The position numbers and the translations under genes were made by a program. Of a stretch of DNA of 36,785 nucleotides, positions 9,984 to 18,190 are shown piece after piece; position 1 is the stretch's first letter, and every line of letters starts with the position of its first letter. The DNA lies in assembly GCA_964525635.1 (NCBI GenBank), contig CAZGJX010000032.1, positions 1-36,785 of the forward strand. Reading direction: 5' to 3'. Below the pieces are notes generated by a model that saw nothing but the letters and a program-made list of their open reading frames with translations, was not told where the DNA came from and made no database searches. The DNA is from an uncultured archaeon. Its GTDB lineage: Archaea > Asgardarchaeota > Lokiarchaeia > Sigyniarchaeales > SOKP01.

Positions 9984-11408
9984 ATGGATTTAAAAATAAT
10001 AGAAAAGGCGAAAGAACTCAAAAATGAAATGTCTTTAGAGGAAAGCTCACAAGTTCTTTCAAATTCTTTTAATGACATTACAAACCTATTAAAAGCTATA
10101 GCAAGTCCAAAGCGGTTGATGGTATTAAATTATTTATTACAACAACCAAGAAATTTCTCATTTCTTTTAAATAAATTACGAATTAAACGAACAACTCTTG
10201 TTCATCACCTAGATTTCTTAATCGAAACCAATTTAATCGATAGAGAAGATTGGGGTAGATATTGTATCACTGATATTGGATTAAAATTTATTAAAGCAAT
10301 TACAAGTACCTATCAAAATATTATATTTGAACAACAAGAAGAACATCAACAAATTATTAATCAATATAACCAATGGCCCCAATTTTATAGAGCTTCGGGG
10401 GTAATAAAAGAAAATTTAGTAAGTAATGAGGCTAAATACCAATCAGGATGGAATTCATATATATCTGCTACCTCCGGAGTTCTTATTTCTTTAGGAGTAC
10501 CTCATGATTATATCTATATAGGTGGTAGAACAGGATATTGTTTCATTGTGAATGCAACACATCTTATTAGCGCCTCTATTTTATCAAAAAATGCATGGCA
10601 AGAAATATATAAAGGTACGGAAAGTTTTGGATGGAAAATGAATCTTTGGAAGAAAAAAAGAAAATATTCTTGTGCATGGCAGTTAGAAAATGAAGATTAT
10701 GATTTAGGTTTAGATGTTTTTAATCAAGTCGCAAAAATTATTGATGATTATAATACTCCTGTAGTTTTATTAGGTGTTCATGGAAGTGGATTCGCTATCA
10801 TAAATGGGTATCAAAATGATAGTTACCTTGTTAGTACTTATTACCATATTGAAGGTCGCGAAGAAATACCTATAAGATTTGATCAATTAAGATTGATTAA
10901 CAAATTTACTTACTTTTATTTCACCAAAAATCAAGAAAAAGAGAATCCAGAATTTGAGGATAAAAAATCAATTAAACGAGCAATAGAATTTGCAAAAGGA
11001 ATTCATTTTTCCCAAAGTGACTTTACTTCAGGTCCTCAAGCGTATGATACATGGATTGATGTTTTAAGTTCAGGAAAAAAGGATCATATCGAAAAAATAG
11101 GAAATAATATTTTGGGTCAGTTTGACTATGATTCTAAATCTATAGCTACAGAATATTTGGAAAGATTATATTATAAATATAAAGAAAACCAACAAGCACA
11201 ATTCTTAAAAGATGCAAGTCAATGTTATAAAAAAGCAATGATGGAATTAGAACCGTTTACACAGATGTTTCCACATCCTAAACAAAGAAACAATAATCTT
11301 ACTTTAGAAAGTCGGAACAATGGTGTAAAAATACTTAAAAAAGTAAAAAACTATCAAATTGATGCAATAGAAAATCTAGAAAAAGCATATGAGAAATGGA
11401 AACTTTAG
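9984..11408 (+). CDS. ArsR/SmtB-type winged-helix regulator fused to a large C-terminal (BtrH/papain-like?) domain
   Basis: LLKAIASPKRL.VL..L...HHLDFL...LI.....GRY.IT..G winged HTH; C-terminal G.TGYCF, PVVL.G, IINGY....YLV, G..AYD.W pattern. Confidence 0.75.
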   Translation: MDLKIIEKAKELKNEMSLEESSQVLSNSFNDITNLLKAIASPKRLMVLNYLLQQPRNFSFLLNKLRIKRTTLVHHLDFLIETNLIDREDWGRYCITDIGLKFIKAITSTYQNIIFEQQEEHQQIINQYNQWPQFYRASGVIKENLVSNEAKYQSGWNSYISATSGVLISLGVPHDYIYIGGRTGYCFIVNATHLISASILSKNAWQEIYKGTESFGWKMNLWKKKRKYSCAWQLENEDYDLGLDVFNQVAKIIDDYNTPVVLLGVHGSGFAIINGYQNDSYLVSTYYHIEGREEIPIRFDQLRLINKFTYFYFTKNQEKENPEFEDKKSIKRAIEFAKGIHFSQSDFTSGPQAYDTWIDVLSSGKKDHIEKIGNNILGQFDYDSKSIATEYLERLYYKYKENQQAQFLKDASQCYKKAMMELEPFTQMFPHPKQRNNNLTLESRNNGVKILKKVKNYQIDAIENLEKAYEKWKL

Positions 11409-11650
11409 TTAAATTTTTTGGATTATCATCTTAATTTAAAATTTAAAATAATTATAAAATTACGATTTTTTCTTTTTTATAGCTTTGGAACAAATTGATA
11501 TATATTTTATCATACAACAGAATTCTTTTATTTGAATTTTAATTACCATTTTATACTAAAATCAATAGTTCAAATTTAATTGAACAATTTATAATTCATA
11601 TTACTTTTCAGTTAAGACATAGTATAATCGCTGTTTTTTTGATTAAAAAA

Positions 11651-11672
11651 TTATACTATAAAAATAGTATAA
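11651..11672. promoter_or_regulatory. Candidate operator: TTATACTAT-N4-ATAGTATAA inverted repeat
   Basis: Perfect 9-bp arms, extra half-site ATAGTATAA at 11619-11627 and TTATACTA at 11551-11558; lies about 23 bp upstream of a TATA-like box. Confidence 0.4.
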
Positions 11673-11694
11673 AAATCCTAGAAAAATACTAATA

Positions 11695-11745
11695 TTTAAA
11701 TATCATTTGAAATGTCACTCTGTAACTCTATTAACATAGAGAGGT
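11695..11745 (+). promoter_or_regulatory. Putative TATA box (TTTAAATA, 11695-11702) and GAGGT ribosome-binding site for the GH9 gene
   Basis: Archaeal TATA consensus about 55 bp before ATG 11756; GAGGT at 11741-11745. Confidence 0.45.
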
Positions 11746-11755
11746 ATTTTTAATA

Positions 11756-14700
11756 ATGGAAAAAAAACTTAAAAATAGCTTAATTGGAATAATTATAGCA
11801 CTTATTGTGATAATTGGTTCAACTGTTGGTATTCTTCTCTATTTAGGTACGACGACTACAGAAGAAGAACCAGTGGCACCCATTATTATAACCCCTCCGG
11901 CTGATATTACTTATACTCTGGGTGATACTGGAAACAGTCTTATTTGGACTGCTACAGATGATAATCCTGATACATATACTATCTCTCGAAATGGAGGTCA
12001 AGTTGATAGTGGTACTTGGACTTCTGGTTTACCAATAACAATAAGTGTTGATGGTTTAAGTGCAGGGATTTATACATATGTTATTATAGTTGAAGATGAA
12101 GATGCTCTAACTGCAACAGATTCTGCAACTGTTACTGTTCTCTCACCCCCAAGTTTCTCAAAAACACCTTCTGACATATCATTTAAATTTAATACTACAG
12201 AAAACATACTTAGCTGGACACCTATCGATGATAATCCAGATACATATACAATCTCTCAAGATAGTGTAACAGTAGTACCTGCTACTGCTTGGACTTCAGG
12301 AGTTCCAATCACTTATGATGTTAGTGATTTAGCTTTAGGTAATTATAATTTCGAAATCATAGTTAGTGATGATGATGCATTAAGTGCTTCTGATTCCGTT
12401 CTAGTAAATAGTATACCAACGCATAATTATGGAGAAGCTTTACAAAAATCAATATATTTCTATATGCAACAACGTTCTGGAGACTTACCTGAAGATAATC
12501 CTGTAATTTGGAGAGATGATTCTTGTTTAAATGACGGTGCAGATTGGAGTGTTGATCTTACTGGTGGTTATTTTGATGCCGGTGATCATGTAAAGTATAA
12601 TTTACCAATGGCATCTACAGTTACTACTTTAGCTTGGGCTCTTTATGAATTTGAAGATGCTTTTATAGCAACGGATCAATTGGATGCAACGGTTGATGCT
12701 ATTAAATGGGCGACCGACTACTTGATGAAATGTCACATCTCACCTTATGAATATTTCTTCCAAGTAGCTTGGGGACAAGATGACCATGATGTTTGGGCTT
12801 CTGCAGAAATGATTGATAGACTATATGTTAGAGAAGCTTTTAAAGCAAATTTAACTCATGGAGCTACAACACCTATTGCTGCTACTGCTGCTGCCTTAGC
12901 TTTTACTTCTATTGTTTTAGAAACTATTGATCCTGTCTATGCTGCTCAATGTTTGGGACATGCTGAAATATTATATGATTTTGCCAATTTAACGCGAAAT
13001 GATGACTATTATAACGCAACAGCTGTTGAATATTTATCTTATTCTGGATTCTGGGATGAATTAGCTGCTGCTGGAGCATTATTATATCTTAAAACTGGCA
13101 ATGAAATCTATCTAAATGAATCAAAAGTAAATATAATGGTGCCACTTAATTCAGGAAATCGAACATGGACTCATGTATGGGACCAAATGAATTATATGAC
13201 ATATGTCTTATTAGCACAGATAACAGGAAATGAGACATATATTGAATTTATTGAAGAATATTTAGATTGGTGGCTTCCTACTGGTGAAATAGATTATACA
13301 CCTGGTGGTCTTGCTTGGTTAAGTGAATGGGGAGCTCTAAGATATGCTGCAAACACAGCTTTCGTAGCTTCAATTTGGGCTACAGATCCTTTATCTACTC
13401 CAGCAAATAGATCACTATACTTGGATTTTGTAGAAAACCAAATTAATTATGCTTTAGGAGATAATCCTGAAGAAAGAAGTTATATGTGTGGTTTTGGAGT
13501 GAATCCTCCAATAAATCCTCATCATAGAACTGCTCATGGATCTTGGGCTGCTACCCAAACACTTCCGGAAAATAATCAACATATTTTATTTGGAGCTCTT
13601 GTAGGTGGACCCGGGCTTGACGACTCCTATGAAGATGATAGAGCTGACTTCGTAAAGAATGAAGTTGCTTGTGATTATAATTCTGGTTTAGTAGGAGCAT
13701 TAGCTTATTTATCTAGTATCTATTCTGCAAATATGACAATACTAGATGACTTTCCGGAAAATTACTTTACTCCAGAAGATGAACGCCTTCCAGAAATGTT
13801 TGCATTAGCAAAAATGGATGTAGATCGCGATCCTAGAGGAGAAATCCTTGATAATGGTAATTTTACAGATGGATTTACTTCTTGGACTGATCAAAGTTTC
13901 TGGTCTCCTGCTGTATATGAATATGTACCTATAGATGGATACTTATTTGTGAACATTACAAATGCTCAAAATCCTACTGGAGAATATCCTTATTATATAC
14001 AATTAGTTCAAGGACCTTTAATTGTTGAGAAAGGATTTAATTATACAATTAGCTTTGATGCTCGCGGTAATGCAACTAGGGAAATCGATGTAGCACTTGG
14101 ACAGTCTGGTGGTGCCTATACAAGATTTGGTGAGATAAAGGATAATTTAACTACCAGTTGGACTCATTATGAATATTCATTTATTATGACACATGACACA
14201 GAAGTAGCTGCTCGTATTGAATTCAATTTAGCTATGAGTAATACTAGCTTGTCTATTGACAATGTCAGTATTATTGAAAGTGCTCAAGTTGAATTAATAG
14301 AATATGAAGGAGAAATTCTCCAAAATGGAGATTTCTCAGAAGGACCTATTGGATTAGATTCTTGGACAGAATCATCAACATGGTACGATACAAATTTCAC
14401 AATTGATGCGTCGAGTGGTGTAGCATTTGTTAATATTTCAGATATAACAGGAAACGGATGGGAAGTCAGCATGAGGCAAGAAGCTATAGGATTACAAGCA
14501 AATCAAAATTATACTATGAGTTTCTACGCTTGGGCTGATGCACCTAGAAGTCTTCGTTTCTTAATTCAAAATGTATCACTTGGTTGGCCACCTTATGCAT
14601 ACAGTGATATAGGTATAACAACAACCCCAACTCTATATGAATTAACATTTAATTTTACAAACCCTAGAGACGATACCAACGCAAGATTTGAATTCCAGAT

Positions 14701-15661
14701 GGGGCTGAGTGATATAAATCTATATATTGATAATGTTAGCATTTATTCATTCGCCGAAGTTGAACAAGGGCTCCCAAGTATTGAGGGTGAGCTTGTTACC
14801 AATGGAGACTTTTCAGATGGTCAAACTGCTTGGAGTGACGGAAGTTGGAGCGGTGCAAATGCGACATATAATATAGTAGCAGGAGAATTTTTCATAGACA
14901 TATTGGATAATGAATCTCTTGATTATGAAGTTCAAATAACTCAAAGTCCTATACCTCTTAGAACAGGAATAACTTATAATTGTAGTTTCTATGCTAGAGG
15001 AACCGATAATCGCACTATTAAAGTGTTGCTTGTCCAACCTGGAACTTACATGTCTTATTATGAAATTGAGTATAATTTAACTACAAAAATGACCAAATAT
15101 GAATTTACTTATACTATGACTTACGATACAGATGAAGCAGCCATTTTTCAAATGAATTTTGGTGGAGTTGCTGTAAGTGTGTATCTGGATGATATTGGTA
15201 TCTATTCACCAGATATAATCGATTATGTAACAACTACCGTCAACATCCGATTGTGTAATTATGCAGCTTGGCCTGCAAGATCGCATGATGATCTCGCATA
15301 TCGATATTTCTTTGATGTAACTGAAGTATATACTGCGGGATTTACAATCAATGATGTAGCAGTAACACTTGATCCTGATTCAGAAGCAACTGTAACTGGC
15401 CCTATTCAATGGTCTGGCTATATCTATTATGTGGAAGTCTATTATGACGGAGTTGAGCTCTTTCCTGCAGGTGGCGGGAACGAATATAGAGAAGCTCAAC
15501 TAATTCTTGGTCTTAAAGCCTTAGAAAATTATGAAACGGCATGGGATCCAACTAATGATTGGTCCTATCAAGGATTAAACAATGATTGGAGTGTATCAGA
15601 TTATATTCCAGTTTATGACTATGGATTAGGTACAATTCTATATGGGACTGTACCCCCTTAA
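11756..15661 (+). CDS. Membrane-anchored GH9 endoglucanase/cellulase: TM anchor - 2x Ig-like - GH9 - CBM3c split by 3x CBM4/9
   Basis: N-terminal hydrophobic helix; GH9 motifs NYGEALQKSIYFY..QRSG.LP, LTGGYFDAGDHVK, PHHRTAH, GALVGGP, YEDDR.D...NEVACDYN; three NG.F..G...W...IDNVSI-type modules; C-terminal WPAR...RYFFD...WDPTNDWSYQGL...IPVYD CBM3c motifs. Confidence 0.93.
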   Translation: MEKKLKNSLIGIIIALIVIIGSTVGILLYLGTTTTEEEPVAPIIITPPADITYTLGDTGNSLIWTATDDNPDTYTISRNGGQVDSGTWTSGLPITISVDGLSAGIYTYVIIVEDEDALTATDSATVTVLSPPSFSKTPSDISFKFNTTENILSWTPIDDNPDTYTISQDSVTVVPATAWTSGVPITYDVSDLALGNYNFEIIVSDDDALSASDSVLVNSIPTHNYGEALQKSIYFYMQQRSGDLPEDNPVIWRDDSCLNDGADWSVDLTGGYFDAGDHVKYNLPMASTVTTLAWALYEFEDAFIATDQLDATVDAIKWATDYLMKCHISPYEYFFQVAWGQDDHDVWASAEMIDRLYVREAFKANLTHGATTPIAATAAALAFTSIVLETIDPVYAAQCLGHAEILYDFANLTRNDDYYNATAVEYLSYSGFWDELAAAGALLYLKTGNEIYLNESKVNIMVPLNSGNRTWTHVWDQMNYMTYVLLAQITGNETYIEFIEEYLDWWLPTGEIDYTPGGLAWLSEWGALRYAANTAFVASIWATDPLSTPANRSLYLDFVENQINYALGDNPEERSYMCGFGVNPPINPHHRTAHGSWAATQTLPENNQHILFGALVGGPGLDDSYEDDRADFVKNEVACDYNSGLVGALAYLSSIYSANMTILDDFPENYFTPEDERLPEMFALAKMDVDRDPRGEILDNGNFTDGFTSWTDQSFWSPAVYEYVPIDGYLFVNITNAQNPTGEYPYYIQLVQGPLIVEKGFNYTISFDARGNATREIDVALGQSGGAYTRFGEIKDNLTTSWTHYEYSFIMTHDTEVAARIEFNLAMSNTSLSIDNVSIIESAQVELIEYEGEILQNGDFSEGPIGLDSWTESSTWYDTNFTIDASSGVAFVNISDITGNGWEVSMRQEAIGLQANQNYTMSFYAWADAPRSLRFLIQNVSLGWPPYAYSDIGITTTPTLYELTFNFTNPRDDTNARFEFQMGLSDINLYIDNVSIYSFAEVEQGLPSIEGELVTNGDFSDGQTAWSDGSWSGANATYNIVAGEFFIDILDNESLDYEVQITQSPIPLRTGITYNCSFYARGTDNRTIKVLLVQPGTYMSYYEIEYNLTTKMTKYEFTYTMTYDTDEAAIFQMNFGGVAVSVYLDDIGIYSPDIIDYVTTTVNIRLCNYAAWPARSHDDLAYRYFFDVTEVYTAGFTINDVAVTLDPDSEATVTGPIQWSGYIYYVEVYYDGVELFPAGGGNEYREAQLILGLKALENYETAWDPTNDWSYQGLNNDWSVSDYIPVYDYGLGTILYGTVPP
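11876..12415 (+). repeat. Two tandem approx. 90-aa Ig-like repeats in the GH9 protein
   Basis: P.DI......N.L.WT..DDNPDTYTIS.....WTSG.PIT..V..L..G.Y...IIV.D.DAL.A.DS; nucleotide identity visible (gatgataatcc.gatacatatac.atctctc twice). Confidence 0.88.
13838..15208 (+). repeat. Three tandem CBM4/9-like modules (approx. 157-159 aa spacing)
   Basis: Starts GEILDNGNF (aa 695), GEILQNGDF (aa 852), GELVTNGDF (aa 1011); shared Y..SF.A, A..(E/Q)F, (I/L)D(N/D)(V/I).I motifs. Confidence 0.85.
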
Positions 15662-15691
15662 AACTTATAAAACCAATATAAAATTTATCAA

Positions 15692-15710
15692 TTTTTTTTT
15701 TTTTTATTTT
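15692..15710 (+). terminator. Oligo-T archaeal-type terminator after the GH9 gene
   Basis: Run of 14 T starting about 30 bp after the stop codon. Confidence 0.55.
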
Positions 15711-16534
15711 CATAATAAAAATAAGATATAGTTATATTAAGTCAATAATTCAAGATGATTTAGAAAAGAAATTAAATAAAGAACATCTTCGACTTTATAG
15801 ATGGTTTTTAAGTCATAAAGCTCAAATCTCCCAAAGTATATCAAAAGAAATAGAATGGATAAATTTGAGGATTTTTTAAAATGCATCAAAAATATTTAAA
15901 TAATTGAACTTCAGAAATAGCTAAAACAGATATAAAAGAAGGAAGAAAAAATAATATTAAATGATTAATAAGGTTTGCATGTGATCCATTAGAAGAAGAT
16001 AGATTCAAATATAGTTATGTAAAAGAGATAATGGAATTTATCAATTTCAAATAACTAATTGCCGTTCTGTCAAGTAGATAAAAATGATATAAATTCATAT
16101 CTTTTATCACTTTACCTTGCATCTCAAATAAGTGTTCATTGAACTCACAGAGCTCTCCCTACCTTATTATCATCAATCACCTTTCAGCGGGAACGGGACT
16201 CGCTACATTCTGATAGATCTCAAATTCATTATCTTCTGGAATACTCCAGAAACATCGATTTTGTTTTGTTTTTATCGTACCAATGAAATATGAATTGAAA
16301 TTTCTTCCCAATTTTTCTTTTACTCCTGAAATATGAGTAATTTTCCCCAATTGAGGGATATCCTCTTTTATTTTTTATACATGTTCTATTGGATGTGTGT
16401 TTACATTTTCTTATTCTCTCTTATAATTGACCTCTGTTATGATTTTATCTATAAGAAATAGAAAATTCATTTTAAAACCATAGAGAATGAAAAATTTCTA
16501 ATTTAGTAAATGGATATGAAGAAATTGTAGTTAA

Positions 16535-16792
16535 AACATAGATATAGAAAACATAAGAGAGATAGGAGGAATTATATTAAAATTATTCAAATTTATTTAC
16601 ATTTTAGAACTATTGAAGAACCCTATAATAAATACAGCTAAAGATTTAAGAATTGAAGAATGGATCTTTTTATATATATGTATGAGCGACTCTCCTATAA
16701 ATGAGAAATATAATCCAAATACTATTTTTAGCCATTCGAAAACGAAAATGCAAGGGAATGATTATTGTAATCATTGTTATTTCTGGAAGTAA
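16535..16792 (+). pseudogene. C-terminal remnant of an L-2-amino-thiazoline-4-carboxylic-acid-hydrolase-like (ATC hydrolase family) gene
   Basis: Frame reads ...INTAKDLRIEEWIFLYICMSDSPINEKYNPNTIFSHSKTKMQGNDYCNHCYFWK*, matching the C..D......NP.....KT.MQG..YC pattern recalled for this family; upstream part interrupted by stops. Confidence 0.55.
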
Positions 16793-16878
16793 AAGGAAAA
16801 ATAAAATTTAAAACAATATTATCATTTTATTTATCTTATTATAAATCTAAGAATAAGAATAAAAGTAAGATAAAAATC

Positions 16879-18099
16879 ATGAAATCAAAAGTGTATTATT
16901 TTCCAGCAAGATGTAAATCAAATAAAGGAAGTATGAGCAAAATAAAAGGGCCTTTGTCTTTGAAAAACCTTGGGTTTGAAGAAAAAATAAAAGAAAATGA
17001 TAAAGTAGTTATCAAAACCCATTTTGGAGCTTTAGAAAATACTAGATATCTTCGACCAAGTTATCTTCGATTTTTATGTGATTATATTAAACAGATAGGA
17101 GGGGTCCCATTTCTTGCGGAATCATGTGGATGGGGTTTGCCGGAAGAGCTTTCAGGAATTCACTCGGAATATAGTGGACGCTCTAATGAAAAAGAATATT
17201 TACAAGTTGCTCTGCAGCATGGATTTACGCAAGAAACTATGGGTGCCTCAATATTAATGCTTGATGGTAAAGATGGAATAAATTTTATAAAACAACCTGT
17301 TAAAGGAAAGAAGTTCAAAGATGTACTAGTTGCTGGAAGATTAAAAGAATTTGATTATTTAGTTATGGCCTCACATTTTAAAGGACATATCCAAACAGGA
17401 TTTGGAGGAGCTATAAAAAACCTAGGAATAGGGTGCGTAAGTAAAGGAGGTAAAGTTCAAGCTCATATGGGTAAAACATTTAATTACGATTTTGAGAAAT
17501 GTGAAAAGGATTGCAGTAAATGTGTGGAGATTTGTCTTGGTGGGGCATTAACAAAGGAGAATCATAAATTAATTAAAGATTGGAATAAATGTCGTTATTG
17601 CTATTTTTGTGAATCTATTTGTAAAAATGACGTAATTAAATTTGCAGATTCAACTCCAGAAGATTTAATTATTCAAACAGTTGATAGCGCTAAAGCTGTT
17701 GAAGATTATTTTGGCAAAGAAAGAATATTTTATATTAACTATGCAATTGATATAACTTGGAAATGTGATTGTGGTCCTTCTGATCTTCCAATTGTATCAG
17801 ATATTGGAATATTATCCTCTCTAGACCCAGTTGCACTAGATCAAGCCTGTATCGATTTAGTTCATAAATCTCCAATAATACATAATTCTGTTCTTTCAGA
17901 AGTTAGAAATCTTCCTAATAAACAAAATTCTGAATGGTTTTCTTATGTACCTAGATTCGATCCAAATTCTAATGAGATTGATTATAATCTAGATGGAAAA
18001 ATTACTAAAAGATGGGAACTTCAACTAAAAGCTGCAGAAGAAATAGAATTAGGTACAAGGAATTATGAATTAATCGAGGTTGAAACAGAAGATCAATAA
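16879..18099 (+). CDS. DUF362 domain Fe-S protein with inserted 2x[4Fe-4S] ferredoxin domain
   Basis: VVIKTHFG, SHFKGH..TGFGGAIKNLGIGC, C...C..C...C and C..C..C...C, CDC, SSLDPVALDQAC; true start likely ATG 16879 (MKSKVYYF) rather than TTG 16774. Confidence 0.88.
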   Translation: MKSKVYYFPARCKSNKGSMSKIKGPLSLKNLGFEEKIKENDKVVIKTHFGALENTRYLRPSYLRFLCDYIKQIGGVPFLAESCGWGLPEELSGIHSEYSGRSNEKEYLQVALQHGFTQETMGASILMLDGKDGINFIKQPVKGKKFKDVLVAGRLKEFDYLVMASHFKGHIQTGFGGAIKNLGIGCVSKGGKVQAHMGKTFNYDFEKCEKDCSKCVEICLGGALTKENHKLIKDWNKCRYCYFCESICKNDVIKFADSTPEDLIIQTVDSAKAVEDYFGKERIFYINYAIDITWKCDCGPSDLPIVSDIGILSSLDPVALDQACIDLVHKSPIIHNSVLSEVRNLPNKQNSEWFSYVPRFDPNSNEIDYNLDGKITKRWELQLKAAEEIELGTRNYELIEVETEDQ

Positions 18100-18190
18100 A
18101 TTAGTTCAGTGTTTGGATTTATTTCTAAATATCAATAATTATAAAATATATTATATAAAAATATATTAAAATAAATCTTTTCTTTAAATA

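Noticed and set aside
14284-15037. Two short minus-strand ORFs (62 and 74 aa)
   Set aside because: Antisense to the GH9 gene, no motifs
16774-16878. TTG-started N-terminal extension of the DUF362 ORF
   Set aside because: Low-complexity AT sequence overlapping the upstream remnant; ATG 16879 gives a family-typical SKVYY start
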